This document shows positions 1-13,090 of a stretch of 64,000 bases of DNA, one piece after another (the stretch's first letter is position 1; each line of letters starts with the position of its first letter). The position numbers were made by a program, and so were the translations under genes. The notes under the pieces are model-generated. The model had not been told where the DNA came from. It did no database searches and saw only the letters and a program-made list of their open reading frames with translations. Origin of the DNA: Lama guanicoe (lineage: Eukaryota); contig MU053629.1 of the NCBI GenBank assembly GCA_013239625.1, forward strand, positions 2,073,567-2,137,566, read 5' to 3'.

Positions 1-590
1 GAGAGAGGAAGCCATATAGATACCTAGCAGGAAGAAAGTCCCAGGAAAAGGGGGTGGGCAAGTGCAGAGATCCAGAAGCAGGAACAACAAGGAAGCCTCT
101 GTGGCTGGAGTAGAAAGTTGGGGTAGAGTAATAAGAAAAGGCTTCAGAGAGGAAATGGGGCCAGATTGTCTAGGGACCTGTAGGTCATAGTGAGAACTTA
201 GGCTTTTATTCTGAGATGAAAAGCCATTGCAGAGTTATGAACAGAGGAGTGACCTGATCTGATATATTTAAAAAAAAAATAGCTCTGACTGCCATGTTGA
301 GTACGGACAAGAGGGAGGTTAATGGTAGAAATGGAGAGACCAGTTAGGGGGTTATTGTCGTAATCCAGGGAGACATTGTGATGGCCTGGACCAGGGAAGT
401 AGTCATAGAAGTCTTAAAGTGGTGAGATACTGGATATCTTTCGAAGGTAGAGTTAACAGGATTTCCCAGTGAGTTGGTTATGGATTTTTTGGCCTGAACA
501 ACTGGAAGGATGAAATAGCTGTTTATTTATTTTAAAGGGATATGAGTAAGAGAGGAGCAGGCTTGGGAAGGAAATCCAGGACCTTGACTT
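1..590 (-). mobile_element. LINE-2 fragment (continues at about 1555-2100 after L1 insertions)
   Basis: Purine-rich L2 antisense motifs (ggcttttattctgag, gagaccagttagggggttattg, gatggcctggaccaggg). Confidence 0.7.
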
Positions 591-1530
591 TTTTTTTAAT
601 TTTATCTTTACTGTGGTAAATATACATAACGTAAAACTTAACACTTAAACCATTTTTAAGTGTACAACTCAGGGGACATTAAATACATTCAGTGTTATGT
701 AACCATCACCACTATCTACCTCTAGAACTTTTCATCATCCCAAGCAGAAACTTCGTGCTAATTAAATAACAACTCCTCTTTCTTTCTCCCACCAGCCCCT
801 AGTAACCTCTATTCTACTTTCTTTCACTATGATTTTGTCTGTTCTAAGTACCCCATATAAGTAGAATTCCTTTGTGTATGGTTTATTTCACTTAGCATAA
901 TTTATTTTCAGGGTTCATCCATGTTGTAGCATGTGTTAGAATTTCATCCCTTTTTAAGGCTGAATAATAGTCCGTTATATGTATATGCTATATTTTGTTG
1001 GTCCATTCATCTATTTATTGATAGACATTTGGATTGTGAAAATGATTGGCTTTTGTGAATAATGCTGCTCTAAACATTGGTGTACCAGTATTTGAATCCC
1101 TGCTTTCAATTCTTTTGGGTGTATACCTAGAACTAGAATTGCTGGATCATATGGTAATTTTATGTTTAACTTTTAGAAGAACCACAAAACTGTTTTCCTC
1201 AGCAATTGCACCATTCTGCATTCACACCATCAGTTCATGAGGATTCCAGTTCTTCACATCCTGACCCATGCTTATTATTTTCCATGTTTTTTGTTTTTAT
1301 AATAATCATCCTAGTGAAGGTAGAGTGGTATCTCTTTGTGGTATTGACTTGCATTTCCAGGACTTTTTTTTTATTTTCGTTTGATTGCAATTTAATTGAC
1401 ATATAACACAGTGTTAGTTTCAGGTTATACAACATAAAGATTAGATATATGATCTATATAATGCAAAATGATTACAATAGGTTTAGTTAACACACTCTCC
1501 TCTCTCCATCACCTCTCATAGCTACAAATT
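590..1530 (-). mobile_element. Old L1M 3' fragment (about 590-1360) followed by a second L1 3' end (about 1361-1530), inserted in L2
   Basis: Poly-T head, then antisense L1 3'UTR/ORF2-end motifs (ttcacttagcataat, ttcatccatgttgtagcatg, gaattgctggatcatatggtaat). Confidence 0.8.
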
Positions 1531-1554
1531 CAGGACCTTATTTTTTTAACTTTG

Positions 1555-2100
1555 AGACTGAAGGAAATCACCAAGGTTGTGAGTATGAGAGAGAAGAGGT
1601 CTGAGGTCTGACTCTTGAAGTACTGCAATAGGGTGGGGATATGAGGAGCAGTCAGTGAAGAAGCAAAATCAGGAAGAGAATGATATCCTGGAGGCCAGAT
1701 GAGGAATGCGTTCAAGAGGGAGGGAGAGAAGAATTCTGTCAAGTTCTCCATCTGTCGCGTAAGATGAGAACTGAGAATTGATCATTTGATTTGGCAGCAG
1801 GGAAATGAATGATGACCTTTACAAGAATAGTTTAGGTGGAGTGATGGGAGTGAAAACCTGTTTATAGTGAATTCAAGGAAAAGTAGAAGGAAAGGAATTT
1901 GAGGGAGGGTGTACAGATAATCTTTGAATGAATTTTCTTATAAAGAGATTCTGAGAAATGGGGTAGTAACTGGAGGAGTATGCAGCATCTGGGGAGTTTG
2001 TGTTTTATGGCAGACATTACAGATAGTATATTTGTTAATGCATTTGATCCAGTAGAGAGAGAACATTTATTCATGTGGAAGAAAGAGGAGAAATGGCTTG
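1555..2100 (-). mobile_element. LINE-2 fragment (continuation)
   Basis: Motifs gtaagatgagaactgagaattgatcatttgatttggca and gtggagtgatgggagtgaaaacctg, typical of L2 antisense. Confidence 0.65.
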
Positions 2101-3293
2101 CAGTTTTGGATAAGTATTGCTGTGAAGTTCAGGCAGCTTTGTCCTCTGCCTTGACACTCTGTGACAGAGAAGAGAGAGCAGGGAAATGGAAGAGATGTGA
2201 ACTGTGACTGTTGCTGCTTTGGCCTCTCTTAGAATTAGGTTTAAAGATCTTGATGGCAGCCTCTAGTTTTATTCATACTGAACTAACAGCTGGATCCTGC
2301 TTTTCTTTGAGTTCTAAAAATCCAGGGGATAAGGAAAGAAGAAGGTTTACCCTTCCATCTTTAGGCTTTCTTTTCTACCGTGAACATTTTGACCCTGCCT
2401 GTGAATATAATTGTGGCTGATACTTGATATTAAGCTGTGTTTTATCAAAGTACACGCCACACCTGTCCCCCACAAAAGCTGTGGTATGTGGGCAGGTCTA
2501 AAAGCCACTGAGAATCCCTTCTGTTTTCTTCACAGTATTACTTACCACCTAGGTCAGAGTGGTGAGTAAAGAAGTTTAACTGTTTATGCTTCTACTAGTT
2601 ACAGAAACATTTGAATTTTCTTACGATTTTATTGAAACCTCCATTTCTACTTTAGAGCCTTAGATCTTCAGAAGATGCATTTTAGCAGGTGAATGAGAGT
2701 GGAAAATAATTTCATACTTTTGATGGTAGTTACTAGGAGAAAGGCTCTTTGGGTAATGAAGTCTGACCTATAGTCATAATTAGCTTATGAGTTTTATTTA
2801 TCGAACATGACAAACACGAGACGTCCCAAGATAGGAAATAACGAAACACCAGGTCAGTCGGGCATTGCTAGAGAGCACTTTCTGCCAAGCCCTATTTTTC
2901 TTAAATCTTCCACTGGTTCACTTGAGTTGAATCTGAGGATTCCTGATGTTCCTGAAGGAGACCCCTGAATCTCCCAACTCACAGCCGCTTATATTGAAAG
3001 AGTAGTCAGTTTTGATTCTTCTGTGAAGATGTCAAGCATTTTTTTTAAGAAGTTATTTCTATTATAGGATGTCACAAATGGTGGGCCAAGGACTGTATAA
3101 GAATACTGTGCTAGAGCCTGGGGAAAGTTGAAGGTTTGTTCTTGCTTGTTGAGCATAATCCTCTTTACCTGCCTGTGAAATGGAGAGTACTATATCATTA
3201 GAATGTGGAGTGGGTTCTGGGACATCCTTTGAGCTCCTTGAAATTCAAAATTTGTCCCAACTAGCCTGAACTTTTTATTTTTATATTTCACAG

Positions 3294-3396
3294 TATCCAG
3301 ACATGAGTCAAGAATCTGATTCTCCATTTGTTTTCATCTGCGCAAATCCCCAGGAAATGATTGTGAAGTTTCCTATTAAAGGAAATCCAAAAATCT
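3294..3396 (+). CDS. TRIP4: TRIP4 (activating signal cointegrator 1, ASC-1) penultimate coding exon, part of the C-terminal ASCH domain
   Basis: Acceptor ttttatatttcacag|TAT, donor ATCT|gtaagt. The 103 nt translate as YPDMSQESDSPFVFICANPQEMIVKFPIKGNPKI plus one base (T), which I recognise as the TRIP4 C-terminus. The phase-1 end matches the next exon. Not called in the ORF track. Confidence 0.95.
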
Positions 3397-6300
3397 GTAA
3401 GTCACAAGCTTCAATGGTCTAATTTTATTTTGCTCTTTGTCTTAATCTCACTTGTTTAACTTTAAATTTTTTCCTCTCTTTTTACCCTGTTCTATGGCAT
3501 ATCAACTATTTGGAAGATTAATAAAATTCTGTTTAGCAATAACTTTAATGTAAGGTTAACTGCAGTATAGCCTTTCCAAAGTTATTGGTATGTGAGTGCG
3601 TCACTCTATAAACTTCCATTTAGGACCCCATTACAGTTGAAATCCTATTTTTCAGCCAAACGAGAATGTTTGCTCCACTGTACTGCGCTCATTAAAGGAA
3701 GTATTAAGCCAGTGCCTGTGGCAGCATTGTCATTTATCTATTGTTCCTCAATATTCAATCCAAGAATAAGACCTAACTTTTTAAATGTCTGTTTTTGAGT
3801 GTCTGTTTTGGAGGCACCACTTCCCACTATTCTCTTGATTACTGGTTCCTAGAGCTCTGCTCTAGCCCTCTTGCTTTTCATCCTTTTTGAAACCTCTTGG
3901 TATTTCCTTTTCTGTAGCTCCTGCTTTTCTGAGTTTGCGATAATAGTATCCTCTGCATATTCACTTCTCAGGAAGTGCTTGTTGACTTTTACTCTTTCAA
4001 CTTCCGACTCTTCTTCAACTCCCAACTTCACTTCCTCTGTCTAGTCCTGCAGCAGCTGCTTCTGTTTCCAAGCAATCTCAAGAAACACACAGTGGTGCCA
4101 TCTCTGCCTAACTTCCTTTTAAAAACAACATCAGCAACTCTCCCATTTGCTCATGTCAGTTGCGGTTTTGTGCCTCTGTGACGTTGCTTTCGCACTGTGT
4201 GACCTGGACGATTCCGGGGCATGTATAGTTGTTGACCTGTGCACAATACCACCTCGCCCTGTACCTTGGGGACCAGCTATTTTATTAAGCCGTTCTGCAG
4301 AGAAGTACTACTCAAACTGTAATGTGAATAAAAATCACCTAGAGAACTGTTAGAACACAGGTTCCTGAGCCCTCTCCCAAGAGATACTGATGTTGTTGGT
4401 TAGCTGACTGCTATGGATAATACTGTTTTTGATCACAAAATGAAGTTCTTGGAGTATGAATTTAGATTAATGTGTATTTACTGCAAAATTCAGGCAACCC
4501 TCATGATTTATGAAAAATGCTCCTGAGATTCCTGCAAGTCAGAAAATTCGTACACAAATTATTTGCTTCAAACTGTACCCCAGCTGGTCGCCAAGTGGCC
4601 CTGGAAATTGTTTTTCCTTCTTCTCCACTATTTAAGATTTAAGTCTCCATTTCCTCTTCCTCTTTTTTGGTTGTGGAGTTTTACCCCTTCTTACTCTGTT
4701 CCATTCTTACCTTACTGTAGGCACTGATGGCAACACTGGTGGTAGGAAAATGTGGTTGGTCTTTTCTCCCAGACCCACGGCTGCTTGATCTTTAGTCCCA
4801 GTTACCTTTTCTTAGCTTCCTCCCCTATCTTGGTTTTCATCTGCTGCTTAAGCTCCTGTGAGAAAATGTTCTGTGTAAACAGAGTTTTTATACTTCTCTG
4901 AAATGTTTCACTTCAGTACTTTTCTCTACCCAGAGACCCACCTTCAGCACACATACGGCCTTCGTTTTTTACCACAAGGTTTAATAGGGGGTGGGGGAGA
5001 GTGATGGTCTCAGGACAGAGCTTTTCCCTGTTGTTTCTGTTGGTTAAAAGCCTTGAAAAGCCAAAATGGACTGTATGCTTATTTCAGGCACAGCAGGGCT
5101 GGAGAGAAATTGTGAGACTGGAGCTTCTTCCTTGGTAGACCAGACACAGTGAAGCGTGGGTCGGAAACAATAGGTAGTAGGAGGGAGGGGGAGAATAGAT
5201 TGACCAATCCCTGTGTGTCTCAGAAAATTTCTAAAGGGGGAGCCAGCCTACCTGAGGATTTAGTCTTGTGTGTAGTTTCTGTTTCCTATAATTCCTCATT
5301 CCTTTTTCCTTCATTCCTCTTTACTATCTTTAAAAACCTTACACTCTGTCAGAACTTCCTTCCCGTAGGCCATAGTGGCCACCTCCAGTAGGTGACAGCT
5401 GGAAAAGTCTTTAGTCCCACTGCCACAGGGGAAATCACATACTTGGCTTTTAATTTGGAATGCTTCACATTTTCTGCTAGAATATTGTTACATGAAGTGG
5501 CTAAGTTCCATGGTATTAATGATATTAATACTTCAGTTACAGCTCTGTGCCTTAAATATTTTTTCTTGTGGGATGGCTTAGGAACCTAGCCACTTTTTAT
5601 AGATTAGTTCTTTGGGAAATATATTCCAAATTCAAAATTTCTGACTTGCAAACTTTTAGAATACAACCCATTTACATGTTATATCACATGTGTGTGTATA
5701 TGTATATATATGTACATATATATGCCTTAAATTAAAAGTATATATACATTTATCACTTCCTGAAGATTTGCTTTATTGTTTTAGCAGCTGCATAGTATTC
5801 CATTTTAAGACTATGTCATTTCTTTTTTTTTTTTTAATATATTTTTATTGGTAAAGGCATATATTTTAATTCATGTTTTTGGACACATAAACTTGAGCTT
5901 GCTTGACTTGAGGATAATCATGTTTCTTGAAATTGAAGTAATTCAGAAAAAAAGCAACGTGTAGTATGAAATCACTTGGCTGTGTGTCTACTCAAATTAA
6001 GAAATGCAAAAAAGTATAATAGAATATATAGGTTGAATGCTCAAAAAGATGAAGGAATTTTTTTTCTTTACGTGAACTACATGCTTTTTAAACTCATGCA
6101 GATTCTTCCTTATATCTTATGCAAAGCATGTGGAAATCCCTATGAGAGTAACATCGATTGATGGCAAATAGTTTTTCCCTTTTAACTTCTCCCCCATCTG
6201 CTGCACATGCATTTGATTTCTGTTAGGCACGATGATTGAGGATGTGGTTTAACACTGAAATGCTGTGTGTACTAAATGTAAAAATATTGGGGAAATACAG

Positions 6301-6859
6301 AAACTAGGCATTATCACTTTGCTTTTAAGAGTGTGCTCTGTATTACTATAGTTAACTGTCCAGATCCCAAGTCTTAAAAGACCAGGCTAAACTAGAAGTT
6401 AGAGTTCAGAGTTTAGGCAATCTGAGGGCATCCTTGATAACTGCTTCTTCATGCAAGAAGTCCCAGTCGCTTGTCTTCATTGCCCAGCTGACCCAAGAAT
6501 TGCCACTATCGGCAGTCACTATGGTAGATGTTAGAGATGTAAAGAAGTTTTTACTTGTAAGGCGCTCACAGGTTGCTGGCATATGTATGGTTTTTTTAGG
6601 TAACCAGGGGATGAAAGACTTTCTGAATCCCTGGGAATGCCCTGGAAATCCTTCTTCTCTATCTCTTTTCTCCTATCAGTTTTCCATTTTATCACATCAT
6701 CACTGAAGCCAGAGATCAGTTTGCCTACCATTGAGTGCTTTGCTCAGATGAGTTGATCTTGTCTGAGCTGGCCTCACATGAGGGCTTTCATAGACTGGGA
6801 TTTTATGAAAATTATATTTGAAGTATTATTATATAGTAAAGCTTTGAGAATATGAAGAA

Positions 6860-8222
6860 GGTAATGTCTCTTTTTAATATGAGGAACCTGAAATAAATAT
6901 AGTTAAAAGTCTTGCCTAGAGTTATATGGTAAATTAAAGGTAAAACTGACACCATAACTAAGAAACACAACTCTGAAGCTTTAGCATAAATAATACGACT
7001 ACCCTTACTTTTTCAGAGCGCTTAGAGCTTATGAAGTGCTTTAACATATATTATTTCAATTAGTTATTTGATAAACTGTTTCAGTGTCTATAAAATACTT
7101 AATACAGTGCTTAGTCTATAAAAAGCACTTAGTGTTAGCCCTAATCCTCTCAACAACTTGGTAAATTAGTAGGAATTTTTCATTATACAGTTGAGTAAAC
7201 AGGTGTACAGAAGGTGTATTTTGCTTGAGTCTTTCTACCTCCAGGTTTCCTGCTCTTTTCACTTTATCATATTGTCTCAGAAACACATTATTTACATTTC
7301 ATTTTTAGGCCGCAGTTTCATAGAGCTGCAAGGGGCCTTTGGTACTCTGTAACCCAATTTCCTCTTAGCATTGAAAGGTATAGGTATGACTCGGTGACTT
7401 CCTAAAGGTTATAGAGCTAAGTAGTCTTAGGACTAAAGCTAGGACCTGGGTCTTCTAACTTATTCAGTACAGAGAACTAGAAGTCTGGAGTCCTAGATGA
7501 ATTCTAAATTCTGTCCTAGCTTGTCCTAAAAACCTTAATGAAATGCAATACCTTTTTGTGCCTCTGGGTTCCACCACCTTTACAGTGAATACTCTTTATG
7601 TTTATCTGATAATCTGCTATTTTTGGTTACTTAGTAGTTCCTGTAATGTAAAGATTTTGAAATTTGTGGTGTCCACTGTGTTTGTTTACTTCACTTATTG
7701 AGCACCTACCATTTGGCAGTCTCTGTGTCTTAGGCATACAAAGGCAAACTTGCCTTGTAATAGGACTCTGCCAGATTGCTGGCACATGTTTGGATTTCCA
7801 GCCAGGCAGCCTGGGGGATGAAAGAACTTCTAAATCCCTGGGAATACTCTGTGCTCCAAAGCCCAAATTAAAATCAACATCATTGTAAGTGTTGTGGACG
7901 TCATTCAGGGTATCACTTAGTGATGGTTTCTAAGGAAGCACAGAAAAGGAAGTAATGTTATTCCAGGGGCAGGTGTAGCCTTGGAGAGATGAGGAAGAAG
8001 AAAAAAAAATTAAGAAAACAGGAAAACTTGTTAGGTTGAATGTATTTTTCTCCCTGTCTCCTTGTACAGTAGTCAGGACATGCATTCATATAGTTGGACG
8101 AATGAGGATATTCCAGTCCAGAGGGACTGAATGACTTGCCCCAAGTCATGCAGCTAGCTAATAACAGACAAAGGAGGACTGGAACGTGGGTCTCCTGACT
8201 TCTTGCCCACTGCTTTCTCTCC
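6860..8222. mobile_element. Cluster of MIR fragments (about 6860-6990, 7010-7270, 7290-7470, 7470-7580, 8080-8222)
   Basis: MIR core motifs such as tgaatgacttgccccaagtcatgcagctagctaataacaga and gaggaacctgaa...cttgcctagagttata. Confidence 0.6.
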
Positions 8223-9217
8223 TAAACCTGATTGCTGCAATAAGTGAAAATGACAACATAAAGGGGCAGTGGTTGTGTGTATAGGCCTGTAGAAGACCCA
8301 GCCATTGTTGAAGGGAGGCTCTTTGTTTTGTCCTGTTTGTTTGTTTGGTTAGTGCTGAGGCTGTGCTGAACTGTTTCTGTATCCAGCATCAGCATTGCTA
8401 TTGACTTAAATAAGGCTTTTTTGTGGGAGAAAGCAACCTGCAAGCGCTATTCTCAGATGAGGAACTCTCTTAAGATTTTCTTCATGAGTTGGATGGTTCC
8501 TAAGGCGGCTACCACTGAACCAAACTTTATCCTGGTGGATCTCACGAGTCAGAGGTCAGAGACCACATCAGTGAAGTACCTCTCATTAGGGTCACCTGGG
8601 ACTGGAAGGTTGCTTGTTTTCTAACTTTAACACTTAGAAGAGTCATACGGCCTATGACCTTTGCCCTTCTTAGCTGGTGATAGGGGCCCTTTGTCAGTAA
8701 AGCATTCATGTGGATTCTACTCCACTGTTTCAGGTCACTCCCCCTATTAAGTCTGAGGCAGCTAAGGGGTGAGTTGAACTGCTTTTCTCACTGTGAGGGA
8801 GGTTCATGCATTATGCTCAGCCAGTTAACAGGTCAGAGGAATGGGTTTCCCACTGTGTGAAATGCCTTCCTTTATTGTTATGTGTGTGTTCTTTAAAAGT
8901 TTGCCTTAGCATCAGACACTCTGGAAAACATGATGTTTCTTTTCTAGTAGCTACAGAATTAGAAATATTAACTTCCTAGATTCTTTAGGCGAATACTCGG
9001 TGTGTTTGTGTGTGCACGTTTGTGTGACCCTGTACAGTGTTCCCACTGCTTCCTCATTCTTACAAAACGAAGCTCTGAAGTTTGAAAGTGTCTGAGTCCC
9101 GAAGCAAGATAATTGAATGTGACAGGAACACAGTAACCAGAAGACCTGGGAGGCCATGAAAGATTTGCATTGCAAATATAAAAAATAAATAATGAGGCTT
9201 CTTTTTCTCCCTTACAG

Positions 9218-9285
9218 GGAAACTGGATTCCAAGATCCATCAAGGAGCAAAGAAGGGGTTAATGAAGCAGAATAAAGCTGTCTGA
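9218..9285 (+). CDS. TRIP4: TRIP4 last coding exon (coding part)
   Basis: Acceptor ctttttctcccttacag|GG completes the split codon T|GG (Trp), then KLDSKIHQGAKKGLMKQNKAV and TGA at 9283-9285. Matches the known TRIP4 end; TRIP4 lies directly upstream of ZNF609 in mammals. Confidence 0.95.
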
Positions 9286-9520
9286 CCCAGGAGAAAAGGA
9301 GCTATACAGCATAGTGGAGTTTTGTGTACTAAAATTGCTATCCATTGGTCCTTTGGATTTGAAGCAGTAGAAATCTAAAGGCTTGGCATCAGGCTTGAAA
9401 CTCTCAGAATTTAAACTCTTAACAAAATCTGTATATTTTTCTGAAAGAGTGGGATTCTTACTTTATGTAGTGGGTCAAAATCTTTGAATACATTATTTAT
9501 AAAAACTTCTTTTAAAAATT
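9286..9520 (+). other. TRIP4: TRIP4 3' UTR (end approximate) with variant poly(A) signal TATAAA at 9498-9503
   Basis: No AATAAA/ATTAAA seen in this interval. TATAAA is followed about 20 nt later by U/GU-rich sequence (ctgtatctttgacattttttc). Cleavage site is inferred. Confidence 0.6.
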
Positions 9521-12500
9521 CTGTATCTTTGACATTTTTCTCAGAATGATACAGAAGAAAAAGGAAAAAGTTGGAAATTATTTTCCTCTTTTGGGCTTGG
9601 ATTTGCCATTAGGAAAATTCTTAACCTAGATTAATGATATTTTAAGGGACCACTTGAATTTTAAAGTATTTTTTATTTGTTTGTTTTCCCCAGAGCGATA
9701 GCCTGGTAGAGTGTTAAGATATTGTTAAGACTATGTTTAATACAAACCTGTGATGGGACAAGAAGTTTTTTTTTTTAACAAGTTTGCTGCTCTAGTCCAA
9801 CATCTCTTCAAGTGAACAGTCTTTAAAAGCTGAGTAACTTTCGTTGGCAGATTTTGGGGGGCAGGGATGGGAGGAGCCACACCTAAAGAGGTGCTGCCAC
9901 TTTGTTCTTTGGTTTGAGACGTTAGTACATAAGAGGATCAGACGGGATGAGATGGAGCCACCTGCTAAAGCAGCATGAAACTGCCTTATTTATTTTGTTG
10001 GGATTGCAAACATATCACTTGGAGCAATTAGAAACAAACAAAAATAAAATCGCTTCAGTAAATGCATACAAATACCCCCAAATGCTGAAACCAAACCCTT
10101 TAAATCATCCATACCCCAGGAAGCTTTGAGCTTTGGAAAAATAGAAGGGTGGTTTGAAATGAGATTTTTACCAGTCATTCTGGCCCCACTTAGTGAAGCA
10201 CTTCTTTTTTTTTCTGACGTTGTTCAGAAGAACTGTCAGAATCTCAGTTGCTGGCATCCTCAGGAAATTCATGGTCTTAAATGTGTACGTTCTGCTTTTT
10301 ATAAAGCAGCACCACCACACGGGGGAAGTTGGATTCCCTCCAGCAGTTGTGTGCATGACTTAAAAAAGAGAGCACAAGGGAGAGAAAAAAAGTGCCCTGT
10401 GTTATGAAAAAGATTAATTTCCCCTTTCTTTAATCCTTCATATTCAGCGTTTATTTGCATTGAAATGCCTCCACTCATTATGCATTGATGTTCACTCAAC
10501 TGTGAACCCTGCTTGTTGCATAGCTCTGGGGACTGGTTTTGTGGGGGCTTGATCACTTTGGATTCCCAGGGAAAACCCACCCGATTCTTGTTCTGGTGAT
10601 GCAGGCATGTAGCATTCTTTTTCTTCTGTTCAGTTCTGTAGAGAAAGTGGAAAGGACACTAATGGCTCTTCTTTAGGGAAAAAAAAAGTCTCCCCCCAGC
10701 GTCCTGCAGATCCTAGTATTATTAAAGAAGCCACACTGGGTTCACTATGCGGTTAATAGTTTACCAAGCAGTAGCAACTTGAATTCTGTGCTGGAATTGT
10801 CTGGTTTTCCTAATACCAAAATAAAACTGGAAGGCAAGAGGTGAAGAGCCTAGGGAGGAAAAAAAAAATTATCTTTCTGCCTTTTTATTCGAACGACAGC
10901 CTGAGCACAGAGGAGTCTGGATTGATTTTTCCACCTGGATAGATTGTGTGTGCATGCCTAAAAAAAAACATCGGGAGATGCAAGAGTTCAGGTTATGCAG
11001 CCATTCTGTGTGTTGTGATAAGAAAGTTTACAAGAACTTTACAAGTTTATGAGAACCCACCTCAGCATCCAGAATATGCAGCTGGAGCCACATGAGTAAA
11101 TGGCAGAGTAACTTGGAAACTTCTCTTTTTCATGGTCAGACTGTGAAAGCCTGTCTTCAGTTCACGTGGTGGTGGTATAAGGTCTCTCTTTTATTTGCGG
11201 AGACACCCAGGAGGAAGTGTGGGAGAGACTTGGGGGTAGATGGCCCTCAGTTACTCAGTGATGAATAGCCTGATTTAAAGCCTAGTGGAAATTCTTAGCA
11301 GCCTGAGTACAGACTTGCCCAGGAATAGCCTTTCAGTACTTTATAACACTTTGCACTGACCCTGTAACTCTGGAACATCTTGGCCTGAGGGAAATTTTAC
11401 ATTTCTGAGCTGGTTTTCGTCTGCAGCCTAAATACCGGCACCCCCTTTTGGATGGCTGGGATCAGTGGCTCTCAATTTGTATCGTAGCTAAAGGATTCAG
11501 TGTTTTTGTTTTTGTTTTTCTTGGTAGGAAGCAGTCTCAATTATATAAGCTCAGAGTAGGATGTATATGAAACTGAAGACTTTTTCTGTCAGGATTTAGG
11601 AGGCTTTGGCCTTACAGACAGATGTTTGGACTGGAGTAAGTGGCTAGGGGGTTGGGGGTGGTGGGAGGCTGTAGAGTTGCTTGCTATAGTTAATCTTGAA
11701 AAAGAGAACTAGATATCCTTTCTTTTCTTTTTTTAAACTGGAAGTTTACAGAAACGCATTTTTCCCCTAGGGAGTAGGTGTGAAAGTTTTAGACTTTAAA
11801 GATTGCTTTTTACAAATAATTACAAAGCTATGGCTTTTTATGAGTTATAACTCTAAATCTCTTTCCATTTTAACTACTGTCTCTACTAAAGCCCATTTAT
11901 GTGGATTTTATTTTGTTTGGTAAGTTTTTTTTTTTTAATACCTTTGCTTAGAGGTCGTAGCCAAGATTGAGACAGTATTGGGGTTGTTCTCTTGCCCAGC
12001 TAGAAAAGGCCAGTAAAAAAGCAAGCATCTATTAAACTAGAGAAATCAGCTAACTTCAGTTTATTAGGCCTGGGGGAGGAAAGAAAGTCCTATGATGAAG
12101 GATTTTTTTTTTTTCCTTGAGATTCAAATAGCAAGTACACATCTGCTGCTCTCAACTTCTGTGAATGTGTTTGGAGGGAGGTGATCCATATCACAGGCTC
12201 CAGCAGCATCAAGGGATCTAGCATGTGGAGGGCTTTCTACTTCTCTCACACGGAGAAGAAAGAACTTAGCTCAGTGCCATCCTCTGACACAAAGAGACTT
12301 GTGTAAATGTCTGTCCATTTATGTGTGCGCTCCTAATGTGGATTAATTCATGGGGTGAAGTTTGGTAGACTGATCAGATTTCTGATGTGATAGTGGAGAG
12401 TCCAGAAAGAAAACCTAGTAAATATTGTACCCTAACTTGGAGTCAGGTAAATAAGGTGGGGCGAGAAGGCGACTGAGAATCCATAGATGTGTCATAGGAA

Positions 12501-12569
12501 GGGAGTGAGGTGTTGGAACAAAGGGCAAAAAATGTCAGTACAGAAGATTTGAGAAGAGTCTGGAGCTAT

Positions 12570-12755
12570 CCTGTCTAACCTGGTAGCCACTAACGACATG
12601 AGTTATTTAATTAAATGAAATTAAGAATTCAGTTCTTCAGTCATCTGGTACCATATTCAAGTATTCAAATAGCTAAACGTAGTTAGTGACTTCTGAATTG
12701 GACAATGCAAATACAGAGTATTTCCATCATTGCCAGAAGTTCTATCAGACAGTGT
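12570..12755. mobile_element. MER3/MER33-like hAT-Charlie MITE
   Basis: ctgtctaacctggtagccactaacgacatg...aattcagttcttcagtca...gaagttctatcagacag resembles the MER3 consensus. Confidence 0.65.
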
Positions 12756-12765
12756 TTGTTTAGAG

Positions 12766-13090
12766 TAGGGGTCCGCACTCTTTGTACAAAAAGCTAGAGA
12801 GCCAATGTTTTAGGCTTTACTAGGCCGTAGGGTCCCTCTTATTATTCAACTCTGCTACTGAAGTTCAAGTGAAATAAATCCATAGATGATACATAAAAGA
12901 ATGAGTGTGGCTATGAGCCAATAAAACTTTATGGACACTGAAATTTTAATTTCATGTAATTTTCGCATCACATAATATTCTTTTATTTTTCAGCCATCCA
13001 AAAATGTAAAAACCATTCGTAATTCATAGGACATACCAAAATTGGCACTGAGCTGGATTTGACCTGTGGGCCGTAATTTACCAAACCCTG
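12766..13090 (+). mobile_element. MER58B-like hAT-Charlie element
   Basis: Termini (t)aggggtc...aaaccctg, internal gagtgtggctatgagccaataaaactttatggacactgaaat, and degenerate 8-bp TSD gtttagag/gtctaaag of the NTCTAGAN type. Confidence 0.75.
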
